Source of the DNA: a virus
Taxonomy: Duplodnaviria; Heunggongvirae; Uroviricota; Caudoviricetes
Direction: 5' to 3' (one strand)
Length of the DNA stretch: 42,924 nt
IMG/VR virus record: IMGVR_UViG_3300042549_003167
Both the position numbers and the translations under genes were made by a program. Numbering within the stretch: the stretch's first letter is position 1; each line of letters begins with the position of its first letter. Below, piece by piece: positions 1-7,809 of the stretch. The notes under the pieces were generated by a model. The model worked only from the letters and a program-made list of their open reading frames with translations, searched no databases and was not told the origin of the DNA.

Positions 1-135
1 GCACTCCCTTGCCTTTGCTTATTGGTATTGGTTTTGGTTGGGGTTGGTCGTTATGGTTTTGGTCTTGCACTGCTTCCAGTGGTTAGGTTGGTAGGGTAGT
101 GTTTTAAGTAGGTGGTTGAGGTGGGGATATGCTAA
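1..135. other. G/T-skewed non-coding segment
   Basis: Plus strand almost entirely G and T with many GG tracts (ggttttggttggggttgg, ggttaggttggtaggg); no ORF; unlike the A-rich sequence that follows. Confidence 0.6.
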
Positions 136-184
136 AGATATTAGTTACTAAATAGCTTAGCCAATTTAACAAATGGGTTATGTT

Positions 185-250
185 AAAATTTTGTGAAAGG
201 TTTTTTATTGTGTTCTAATTTACATAAATGCGTATTATATTGCAGTCTAA
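185..250 (+). promoter_or_regulatory. Possible Bacteroidota-type promoter for the early cassette
   Basis: TTTTGTG upstream and TATATTGCA at about 236-244 resemble -33 TTTG / -7 TAnnTTTG but are imperfect; lies before the first ORF. Confidence 0.35.
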
Positions 251-289
251 TAAGGGAATAACCCAAAAAACATATTAAAAAAAATTATT

Positions 290-541
290 ATGAATTATTT
301 AAAATTGATGGAAAAAAACCCGACTAAGTACGGAGAAATTAAAAACAATTTAGGGCAATTAATTGTATTTTATGAACACCCAGTAAAAGGAGATGAAAGC
401 CCAGTAATTGCAGTATGCCACGAATTAAAATTAGCCGAAGTAACTGATTTTTACGAATTGGATGATATGACTGCAACTGAAGAAGATTATCGCCCTATGT
501 TTGTAGATGGTGCTTTGCGTATGGGTTATGAATTTATGTAA
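290..541 (+). CDS. Hypothetical early protein (83 aa)
   Basis: ORF with A-rich leader (aaaaaaaattattATG); first gene of the plus-strand array. Confidence 0.75.
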   Translation: MNYLKLMEKNPTKYGEIKNNLGQLIVFYEHPVKGDESPVIAVCHELKLAEVTDFYELDDMTATEEDYRPMFVDGALRMGYEFM

Positions 542-550
542 ACAATTAAA

Positions 551-576
551 GGGGCTTGAAATATAGCCCCATTTTT
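551..576 (+). terminator. Intrinsic terminator-like hairpin
   Basis: GGGGCT-tgaaatat-AGCCCC followed by ATTTTT, just after the 290..541 stop. Confidence 0.6.
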
Positions 577-586
577 GAAAAAAATA

Positions 587-619
587 AAACAAATAAAAAA
601 ACAAATAAAAAAACAAATG
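587..619 (+). repeat. Tandem 12-bp A-rich repeat ending in a start codon
   Basis: AAACAAATAAAA x2 plus AAACAAATG. Confidence 0.7.
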
Positions 620-1165
620 GAAAACACTTTAACAACTAAAAGCTTTTTTAACCCTTATTTTTTAGGAAATAAGCAATTAAATGCTATTAATGTATTTAAT
701 AGTAACGAAATTTTATGCTCTTTTAAATGGCTAGGAAATAATAACAAATACCCCCAAGTCCAGTTTGAAGAAATTAAAATGAGAAATAAATTAGATCTAA
801 ATAAAAAAGAAGTTTTTTGCTTTAAAAATGAATTATATATTCATTCGGAATTATGCGATTTTCAAGAATTAGAAGAAGAACTAAATTATAAAAGCGAAAC
901 GCACAACCACTATAAAACAAAGTTTAGCATTACCTTGAATTGTTCCCACGATATGCCCTATTTAAACGAATTAGGGAAGATTAGCTATAAACTAACCCCA
1001 GTAGAAAAAAGAGTAATAAACGACTTTTTCAAGCATAGAAGCGAAGAAACTGAACAAGGTGCAAGACTGCTAGAAATTCAAAAGAAACTTGATAAAATCA
1101 CTGGTAAATATATTAGTGCCGAAGATATTTTAAAGATTGAAGCAGAATTTAATATAAAATTTTAA
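617..1165 (+). CDS. Hypothetical early protein (about 182 aa)
   Basis: Track ORF 575..1165; ATG at 617 preferred because 575 lies in the terminator tail and 617 has an aaacaaATG leader. Confidence 0.75.
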   Translation: MENTLTTKSFFNPYFLGNKQLNAINVFNSNEILCSFKWLGNNNKYPQVQFEEIKMRNKLDLNKKEVFCFKNELYIHSELCDFQELEEELNYKSETHNHYKTKFSITLNCSHDMPYLNELGKISYKLTPVEKRVINDFFKHRSEETEQGARLLEIQKKLDKITGKYISAEDILKIEAEFNIKF

Positions 1166-1267
1166 ACCCAGTAATATGTTAAAAGTTATTTTATTTATAC
1201 TCCTTTGCTTAGGCTTAGGTATTGAATTTATTTATTATTTTTTCTAATTTTCAAAAATCAAAAACAA

Positions 1268-1480
1268 ATGAAAAAGAACACAAACGAAATGCGATTAAAA
1301 AAGTTAATTGCTACTAACCATCCTTTGCTAAATGCTTTGCTAGTGGAAAGGATATGTAAGATTATGGAAATAACCGAAGCCGATATAAAAGAGAATCCCC
1401 AAGAGTGGAAAAGGTCTATCATTCATCCCTCGTTATTTCACGACCTTAATAGTAATGTTAAAGAGATTTTCAATAGTTAG
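1268..1480 (+). CDS. Hypothetical early protein (70 aa)
   Basis: ORF, aaaacaaATG leader. Confidence 0.75.
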   Translation: MKKNTNEMRLKKLIATNHPLLNALLVERICKIMEITEADIKENPQEWKRSIIHPSLFHDLNSNVKEIFNS

Positions 1481-1498
1481 TAATAAACCCCCAAAGTT

Positions 1499-1525
1499 GG
1501 CAGACCTTCAAAACTGCCTAATTTT
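1499..1525 (+). terminator. Weak hairpin, possible terminator
   Basis: GGCAG-10 nt-CTGCC followed by taattttt in an intergenic gap. Confidence 0.3.
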
Positions 1526-1531
1526 TAAGCT

Positions 1532-1732
1532 ATGAATAAACCAGTTAAACTAATGCAAAAAGTATTTGCCCTAGATAGGCAGATTAAAACCGGTAAATAT
1601 AACCCCTACCCACTTATTAAGCTAATTGATAAGCATAGGCAAGAAATATGTTGCCAGTTAAAACTAGATGCAAATAGTACATTTTTAGACATAGACAATA
1701 GACTAAAACAAATCAAATTTGAATCACAATAA
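1532..1732 (+). CDS. Hypothetical early protein (66 aa)
   Basis: ORF in tandem array. Confidence 0.7.
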   Translation: MNKPVKLMQKVFALDRQIKTGKYNPYPLIKLIDKHRQEICCQLKLDANSTFLDIDNRLKQIKFESQ

Positions 1733-1741
1733 AAAAACCTT

Positions 1742-1951
1742 ATGAAACTAGAGCAAAAAACCTTTGAAGAAATTTACTTAATTTTTGTTAATGATTTTTT
1801 AACCATTGAAAAAATGGCAGAATATTACAAAGTAAACCAAGACTTATTAAGACATTGGATTGATTGTGGTAAGACTGCGAATAACACACAAGCAGAAGAC
1901 TGGGAAGAATTGCAAGACAAAATAAATGAATTATATTTCAACCTTATCTAA
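1742..1951 (+). CDS. Hypothetical early protein, possible helix-turn-helix (69 aa)
   Basis: LTIEKMAEYYKVNQDLLRHWI resembles an HTH segment. Confidence 0.65.
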   Translation: MKLEQKTFEEIYLIFVNDFLTIEKMAEYYKVNQDLLRHWIDCGKTANNTQAEDWEELQDKINELYFNLI

Positions 1952-1979
1952 TTTTCAAAAACAATAAACAAAAAAAACT

Positions 1980-2381
1980 ATGCCAGTATTTAATTTTGAA
2001 TTATTACGAACCTATTCAACAATCTTTGAAATAGAAGCAGACACCCAGTTAGATGCCATTAGGCAATTTAAAGAACTTGGGGATAGTATTTATACTGAAG
2101 AAATGAAACAATGCGAAGTAATTGAAGAAGTAGTAAAAGGGGATAAATATGCTCGTTCTTGTACTTGCTGTGGGAAAGGTATGAATGAAGGATATTTTAT
2201 AAACTACGAATATTTTTGTAGTGATAGTTGCAGAAGTACTGAATATCCAACGGATGTTTGGTTAAAACTCTATGAAGAATGCGAAGCAAATGATGGAGAT
2301 TATTGCTACTGGACACACTGGGAAGATGAATCCGACTACCAGTACCAAATTATTGATGGCAAATTGCAACAAATTAATTAA
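1980..2381 (+). CDS. Acidic Cys-rich early protein, probable Zn binding (133 aa)
   Basis: CTCCG...FCSDSC motif; N-terminal FEIEADTQLDAI resembles the DpnD/PcfM-like small fold. Confidence 0.7.
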   Translation: MPVFNFELLRTYSTIFEIEADTQLDAIRQFKELGDSIYTEEMKQCEVIEEVVKGDKYARSCTCCGKGMNEGYFINYEYFCSDSCRSTEYPTDVWLKLYEECEANDGDYCYWTHWEDESDYQYQIIDGKLQQIN

Positions 2382-2401
2382 TAAATATAAATTTTAATCA
2401 A

Positions 2402-2677
2402 ATGGAAAGAACCCAGTTAATAGGGGAACTGCAAAGCAAATACCCTAAAATGTTTTTAAGTACCACCGAAGAATTTAATGGAGAGGAAGGTGGGATATGG
2501 ACAAGTGGAGAAGATGCCCCAGTAAACGCAAGAGGATTGCCAATTTTCGACTATTACACCGAAAAGTACGATAAGTACGATTTAGGCATAGAGTCCAAAT
2601 TTAGCGAATACCTTGACAAATTAGGATGGTATTGCGAATGGTATGATTGTGGAACTATATTTATTTATCAAAATTAA
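2402..2677 (+). CDS. Hypothetical early protein (91 aa)
   Basis: ORF with GWYCEWYDCGT motif; tandem array. Confidence 0.75.
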   Translation: MERTQLIGELQSKYPKMFLSTTEEFNGEEGGIWTSGEDAPVNARGLPIFDYYTEKYDKYDLGIESKFSEYLDKLGWYCEWYDCGTIFIYQN

Positions 2678-2688
2678 AAAATAAAATT

Positions 2689-3210
2689 ATGAAGATTGAA
2701 CTAAAGCAAATCAAGTATTCGGATTGGGCAAGTGAGGAAACTTCTTGCTTCCAAGCAAACATTTATCTTAATGGTAAAAAAGTAGGTTTTTGCAACAATG
2801 ATGGCAAAGGTGGATGTACCAGTTATAATAGGGTAACTGGCATTAGTTACGAAGTAATTCACGAAATGGAAACCTACTGCGAAGGATTGCCCCCAATAGT
2901 GTATGAAAGTAACTTGTATAAAGATGGTAAATGCACTATTAAAATGAATTTAGAGCATTACTTGGATGATTTATTTTATGCCTATTTAAAGGCTAAAGAC
3001 AAGGCTAAAATGGACAAAAGGATGGAAAAGGCAATCTTGATAGGCAATGACTATAAATATCAAATTATCAGCTTCAAAATGCCATTAAAAGATATATGGG
3101 AACAAAGCCCCCAGTATTTTGCTAAAACATTAAAAGAAAGTCTAAATAAATATGCCGTAAATGGTAATATTTTACTTAATAAAAACATTCCTCAACAATT
3201 TTTAAATTAA
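2689..3210 (+). CDS. Hypothetical early protein (about 173 aa)
   Basis: Track ORF 2647..3210; in-frame ATG at 2689 has an aaaattATG leader; SEETSCFQANIYLNGKKVGFCNNDGKGG motif. Confidence 0.8.
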   Translation: MKIELKQIKYSDWASEETSCFQANIYLNGKKVGFCNNDGKGGCTSYNRVTGISYEVIHEMETYCEGLPPIVYESNLYKDGKCTIKMNLEHYLDDLFYAYLKAKDKAKMDKRMEKAILIGNDYKYQIISFKMPLKDIWEQSPQYFAKTLKESLNKYAVNGNILLNKNIPQQFLN

Positions 3211-3221
3211 AAACAAAAAAA

Positions 3222-3515
3222 ATGGCAACACCACAAGAATTACAAAATTTTACCATATTTAATATGGAATCGGTTAGACTTGTACGAGTAAGTACCACCA
3301 GTAGTGATGAAGAAGACTTTTTACTGGTTACTGACTTACTGGATGATGAGATACAAGATATTGTTACCCCTATTGTAGAAGCCGAAAGGGAAAACCCACA
3401 GGATGATGTTCATTTCTACGATAACGAAGGCTTGATATGGTCATTAAAAGACCATTACCCAAATAATTTAATAATACAATATACTATTGATAACCTTGAT
3501 TTATTAACAATTTAA
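3222..3515 (+). CDS. Acidic hypothetical early protein (97 aa)
   Basis: ORF, poly-A leader. Confidence 0.75.
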   Translation: MATPQELQNFTIFNMESVRLVRVSTTSSDEEDFLLVTDLLDDEIQDIVTPIVEAERENPQDDVHFYDNEGLIWSLKDHYPNNLIIQYTIDNLDLLTI

Positions 3516-3525
3516 AAATACAATT

Positions 3526-3852
3526 ATGGGAATTTTTGATAACGAAAAGGCTGAAAGAGAATTAGCCAGTAAAGAGCATTATTTCTATGTAGAAAGAAAA
3601 ATAACTACTTGGGTAAGGGAAAGACATTGCATTGAAGCAGAATCAAAAGAAGATGCTATAAAGCTAATGTTTGATACCTTCAAATTAAATGAATTGGAAT
3701 GTACCGATACATACATTGAGCAAGAGCATTTATACAATACCGATACCCCAATGAGTATTGAAGGTAATGAAGGTAACGCTACTTGTGAACTATATTATGG
3801 TAGTAATCAAGAGGAATTTATTATTGATAACTTAGGTAAAACAACAATTTAA
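3526..3852 (+). CDS. Acidic hypothetical early protein, DpnD/PcfM-like segment (108 aa)
   Basis: VERKITTWVRERHCIEAESKEDAI pattern. Confidence 0.7.
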   Translation: MGIFDNEKAERELASKEHYFYVERKITTWVRERHCIEAESKEDAIKLMFDTFKLNELECTDTYIEQEHLYNTDTPMSIEGNEGNATCELYYGSNQEEFIIDNLGKTTI

Positions 3853-3854
3853 TT

Positions 3855-4076
3855 ATGAAAGTATTAAAAGCAAATGATGGCTTTTTGTGGGCAGATGTTA
3901 CCCAAATAGCCGAAAGTTTATGGTACACCGGAGATTGGGATTTGTATGCCATTTATGATGATGGTAGCGAAATAGAACACTTAATTGAAAGTGAACAAGA
4001 ACTAGAAAGGCTTGTAAAAGAAAAAACTACGATTGCCATTGAATTATGTCCTATTGAAGAAATTACTAATATTTAA
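3855..4076 (+). CDS. Acidic hypothetical early protein (73 aa)
   Basis: ORF in tandem array. Confidence 0.7.
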   Translation: MKVLKANDGFLWADVTQIAESLWYTGDWDLYAIYDDGSEIEHLIESEQELERLVKEKTTIAIELCPIEEITNI

Positions 4077-4094
4077 AATTTAAAACTAAAAATT

Positions 4095-4739
4095 ATGCCA
4101 AATTGGTGCTACAATTCACTATGCGTTAGTGGAAACAAAGAAATACTTGCAGACTTTGTAAGTAAAACATTAGTCCCTTGCAATATGTCAAGCGAGGATG
4201 AATATGATGAGTCCCATAGATTCACATTTAATATCTTACACCCTACCCCTCAAGCATTGGAAGGTAATACCTCTCCATTGAGGATATTAGAAGGAGAAGA
4301 TGAAACCCAGTTTAAAAAACGAATGGCTGAAAACCTACGATTATATGGTGCAGAAGATTGGTATAGATGGCATTTAGATAATTGGGGGACAAAATGGGAT
4401 GCTAAAAGTACCAGTGTTGAACAATTAGATGATACTAATTTTAATGTTCAATTTCATACTGCTTGGAGTCCACCGATTGACTGGTTTGAGAAAATTATCC
4501 CAATGTACCCACAATTAGAATTTGATTTGATTTTTGATGAAGAATCATTAGACTTTTGTGGTAGGATGACTGGCATTGAAGGAGAAGTAGATTTACAAGT
4601 AGGTAAACCCTATTTTACGGATGAAGAAGACAATAGAGTAATCTATGATTTAGACAAACACCAGTGGAAATACGAAGATAGTGGGAAACTCATTGATGAT
4701 GAGGATTTTTTCCCTATTGATGTAAACCCCTTTGGATAA
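4095..4739 (+). CDS. DUF1281/Api92(YubB)-like ferredoxin-fold protein (214 aa)
   Basis: MPNWCYN start, DWYRWHLDNWGTKW and FHTAWSPP motifs characteristic of this family. Confidence 0.8.
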   Translation: MPNWCYNSLCVSGNKEILADFVSKTLVPCNMSSEDEYDESHRFTFNILHPTPQALEGNTSPLRILEGEDETQFKKRMAENLRLYGAEDWYRWHLDNWGTKWDAKSTSVEQLDDTNFNVQFHTAWSPPIDWFEKIIPMYPQLEFDLIFDEESLDFCGRMTGIEGEVDLQVGKPYFTDEEDNRVIYDLDKHQWKYEDSGKLIDDEDFFPIDVNPFG

Positions 4740-4797
4740 ATATTTTTTTAATTAAATTAATTATTATACCTTTAATTTTCAAAAAAACAAAACGAAA

Positions 4798-5382
4798 ATG
4801 AAAACAACAACTACCAACCTTTTTGCTTCAGCAACTAAGGTAAAAGAAACCACCAAAAAGACCGACAAGAAGGTCATTTCTAGCCCTATTTTGGGCAACA
4901 AAGTCCAAAGATATGCCGAACTCAAGCAACTGATTGATTCTGCCACTGGAGAGCTTAAAATGATTGAAGGCGACATCAAGGCAGAAGGCAAAAGCCTTTT
5001 TATGAAAGAGTATCGTACACAACGAAGTACGCCCGACAATTTTAAGATTCAAGATGAAACTGGCAATTCTTGTATGTTTATTTGTATGGATAAATATACT
5101 ATTGTAGATGAAGGGAAGGCAAGTATTTTAGGTCAATTTGATGGCTTACTGGCTGAAAATGTGGTTTATAAGTTTAATGCCGACCTTGTTGAGAAATATG
5201 GTGCAGTATTAAGCGAATTAATCATTAATTGCCCCAATATTGATGACTTGGACAAGGGAAACCTTATTACTGGAGAGAAAACCTTTTCAGTAGCTAAAGG
5301 AAGTATTGATCGTTTGATGCAATATGATAACCCCGAACAGGTTTTTGAATTAATTAACCCTATTGTAGCACTTAAAAAATAG
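4798..5382 (+). CDS. Hypothetical early protein with N-terminal coiled coil (194 aa)
   Basis: ORF, A-rich leader, heptad segment RYAELKQLIDSATGELKMIEGDIK. Confidence 0.8.
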   Translation: MKTTTTNLFASATKVKETTKKTDKKVISSPILGNKVQRYAELKQLIDSATGELKMIEGDIKAEGKSLFMKEYRTQRSTPDNFKIQDETGNSCMFICMDKYTIVDEGKASILGQFDGLLAENVVYKFNADLVEKYGAVLSELIINCPNIDDLDKGNLITGEKTFSVAKGSIDRLMQYDNPEQVFELINPIVALKK

Positions 5383-5386
5383 TATT

Positions 5387-5698
5387 ATGAATAATTTATT
5401 TTTATACCCCGAAGACTTTGCCAGTCATAAAGACTGGATGCAAGTATGCGATTCATTAAACATACCTTATGAATCTATCTCCGTTGAAGTTATATACGAA
5501 AGAGTATATGCAGAGGAAGAAGAAACTAACCGAATATATTGCAATCTTTGTGAATCTGCCTATATTGAAACAAGGCAAGAAATAACAAAAGATACATTTT
5601 ATTGTTGCAATATGTGTAGGGAATATGAAAACTCCAATGGGGCAGAAGTTAGAGTAAACAATTTTGATGAATCTAAAACCCTTGATTATGCTAATTAA
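5387..5698 (+). CDS. Putative Zn-finger protein (103 aa)
   Basis: CNLC...CCNMC pairs. Confidence 0.7.
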   Translation: MNNLFLYPEDFASHKDWMQVCDSLNIPYESISVEVIYERVYAEEEETNRIYCNLCESAYIETRQEITKDTFYCCNMCREYENSNGAEVRVNNFDESKTLDYAN

Positions 5699-5723
5699 AG
5701 AAACCCTTAAATTTATATTTGAG

Positions 5724-5828
5724 ATGCTAAAATTCTTTTTTATTAGTGTCCCCCTTGCTTGTTGCGTATATTTTACTGCTCACCTTTATTTTGAAATTAA
5801 AAGATTATATAATGGAAAAAACAGCTAA
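5724..5828 (+). CDS. Small hydrophobic ORF not in the track (34 aa, MLKFFFISVPLACCVYFTAHLYFEIKRLYNGKNS)
   Basis: Manual translation; fills the gap between 5698 and 5812; preceded by TATATTTG at 5714-5721. Confidence 0.45.
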   Translation: MLKFFFISVPLACCVYFTAHLYFEIKRLYNGKNS

Positions 5829-6045
5829 AAAACTCTTATGTGAAACAATGTTTAAGATGTTTAAAACTGATGCCTTACCACATTTAGATATGGAAGACTT
5901 TATTGTAATGTGGAGAGCACTAGCAGAAAAATGGGATTGTGATACTATGGATGATGATTGGGCAGAATTTACCGAAGAAATCAACTGCATAGCCTCAAAC
6001 CGAGAAAATTATTTTAATGAAATCTTTGAAAAACATTTTGAATGA
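5812..6045 (+). CDS. Acidic hypothetical early protein (about 77 aa)
   Basis: Track ORF 5746..6045; in-frame ATG at 5812 preferred; ATGA overlap with next gene. Confidence 0.7.
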   Translation: MEKTAKKLLCETMFKMFKTDALPHLDMEDFIVMWRALAEKWDCDTMDDDWAEFTEEINCIASNRENYFNEIFEKHFE

Positions 6046-6701
6046 TACCATATCTAAATTTTAACTACATATACCCCCCTCGCCCCGAATATAAGATACC
6101 ACCAAAAGACTTGGATAACTTTGATACTGGAGAATACATAGTGCAACCTAAGTACAATGGTACTTGTTGCATAGTATTTACTAATGGCAAGGAAGTTTAT
6201 GTTTACAATAGGCATAAACAACCTTTGTCTTGGTATAGTTCCGATATTGAATTTGATAAACTTGCTCAAAGCAACCAGTGGTATGTTTATACTGGAGAAT
6301 ACCTTAACAAAGGCAAATTAGGGGAAACTGGCACAAAAGAAAAGGACAAGTTTATTATATGGGATATTCTTGTATGGGCAGACCAGTATCTTATTGGGGA
6401 TGACCTACTGACAAGAGTAAAACTATTAGAAGAAACATTCCCTTGCCAAAGAGCAAAGATAAACGAGGATGGCTTAGAAATGTATGAACATTTATGCCAA
6501 ACCGACCTTCAAAACATATACAAAGCCCCTAGTTATATGAATGGCTTTTCTAAGCTATTTAAAGACATCTGCAAGATTGACTTGTACGAAGGCTTAGTAA
6601 TTAAAAAGATCGATAGTAAGCTATCTTATGGCTTTCAAGAATTAAACAATCACGACTGGCAGATAAAATGCCGTAAACCAACAAAAGTATATCATTTTTA
6701 A
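6042..6701 (+). CDS. ATP-dependent ligase-type nucleotidyltransferase (adenylation domain only, 219 aa)
   Basis: Motif I QPKYNG, Ia YNRH, III TGEY, IIIa FIIWDIL, IV EGLVIK, V WQIKCRK; no OB-fold domain follows. Confidence 0.8.
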   Translation: MIPYLNFNYIYPPRPEYKIPPKDLDNFDTGEYIVQPKYNGTCCIVFTNGKEVYVYNRHKQPLSWYSSDIEFDKLAQSNQWYVYTGEYLNKGKLGETGTKEKDKFIIWDILVWADQYLIGDDLLTRVKLLEETFPCQRAKINEDGLEMYEHLCQTDLQNIYKAPSYMNGFSKLFKDICKIDLYEGLVIKKIDSKLSYGFQELNNHDWQIKCRKPTKVYHF

Positions 6702-6849
6702 AAAAAAACTATGGAAAAAGAAACAACAAAAACAATTTATTTGCACTTGCAAGATGACGGAAGTTATAATACTTTGCTATTTAAAATTATTTAACCAAGT
6801 AACAAACAATTTAGTAGTAACATTAAAAAACATTTAAAAAATAACAATT

Positions 6850-7062
6850 ATGGCAAAGTATCAATTAATGCAAAAGACAGAAAACAATGGAGAAGTATGG
6901 TATTACATTCTTAAAGAAGATGGTATGTCGGTAAATAATAGTTGGACAATGACATTAGAAAAGGCAGAAGAAATGTTTGAAGAAATTCAAAAAGGCAAAC
7001 CTACTGAACCTATTATTAAAATTTTAAAAACAATAGAAGTAGATGATTCAAATGATAATTAA
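6850..7062 (+). CDS. Hypothetical protein (70 aa)
   Basis: ORF, acaattATG leader. Confidence 0.7.
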   Translation: MAKYQLMQKTENNGEVWYYILKEDGMSVNNSWTMTLEKAEEMFEEIQKGKPTEPIIKILKTIEVDDSNDN

Positions 7063-7204
7063 TTATTTTTCTAAAGAAAATAAAGAAAAAAGACAAATGT
7101 TAAGAATTTTGAATAATAAAATAGCTGAAACTAATGATTATGAAGAATTACTTAAACTAATAAAGATTTATAATAAATTAAAAAATGAAAACAAAACAAA
7201 TTAG
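7052..7204 (+). CDS. Possible small ORF not in the track (50 aa, or 35 aa from ATG 7097)
   Basis: Manual translation MIINYFSKENKEKRQMLRILNNKIAETNDYEELLKLIKIYNKLKNENKTN; fills a gap. Confidence 0.35.
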   Translation: MIINYFSKENKEKRQMLRILNNKIAETNDYEELLKLIKIYNKLKNENKTN

Positions 7205-7388
7205 TGTACTGGAATACTCTCAAAAAATAAACCCAGCTTATTTTAGAAAAAATAGGAAGTATCCAGAGATGCCAATAACAAGACATACTATTATGTATAG
7301 AATTAGAAACAATATGGAACTACCCGAAGTACTTAAATATACTAGGGTAGGTAAAGTTCATATATTAATGGTAAACGAAAATTTTTAA
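7185..7388 (+). CDS. Basic small protein, possible HTH/excisionase-like DNA binder (67 aa)
   Basis: ISVLEYSQK...ITRHTIMYRIRNN...TRVGKVHIL pattern. Confidence 0.6.
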   Translation: MKTKQISVLEYSQKINPAYFRKNRKYPEMPITRHTIMYRIRNNMELPEVLKYTRVGKVHILMVNENF

Positions 7389-7397
7389 AAAACAAAT

Positions 7398-7631
7398 ATG
7401 ACAAATAACATTGAAGACATTTTGGGTAAACCCAGTGAGCCTAGTAATTTTAGTACCTTTGGAGATTTTACTCCCTTTGAAAGGCAAATGATTATGGCTG
7501 AACTATATCATAATGCTTGGTACGATCAAGAAAGATTTGAGCAGATGTATGACCTTTATAACAAATGGGCATCCAGTCCAGTTAAGGAATGTAAATTTAT
7601 ATTACCCGAAATCCAAGAAGATGAAAAATAA
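7398..7631 (+). CDS. Hypothetical protein (77 aa)
   Basis: ORF, aaacaaatATG leader. Confidence 0.7.
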   Translation: MTNNIEDILGKPSEPSNFSTFGDFTPFERQMIMAELYHNAWYDQERFEQMYDLYNKWASSPVKECKFILPEIQEDEK

Positions 7632-7809
7632 ATATGTAATGAGTCCAAATTACATTCTTACCTTAGAGAATGAAGAATTAAGGGATAGAATAATGGAATT
7701 AACGAAGCAGTTTAATGAATTAAAAAAGAAATATGAGAACGAATTTGCCGAAGGAGTGGTACAAAGTAAAGGGATTCATGAGATTGTTCAAGAACGACAA
7801 ATTAATTAG
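7621..7809 (+). CDS. Coiled-coil hypothetical protein (62 aa)
   Basis: Track ORF 7513..7809; in-frame ATG at 7621 avoids a long overlap. Confidence 0.6.
   Translation: MKNKYVMSPNYILTLENEELRDRIMELTKQFNELKKKYENEFAEGVVQSKGIHEIVQERQIN

Noticed and set aside
431-616. Minus-strand ORF MFFYLFFYLF... and similar antisense ORFs at 4779..5052, 5805..5990, 6054..6269
   Set aside because: Antisense to well-supported plus-strand genes or to the A-rich repeat
4798-5382. Mu Gam-like nuclease inhibitor
   Set aside because: Only a generic coiled coil supports it; no recognisable family motif
6711-6794. 27-aa ORF MEKETTKTIYLHLQDDGSYNTLLFKII
   Set aside because: Has an A-rich leader but is too short to support; may be a real micro-protein or a gene remnant
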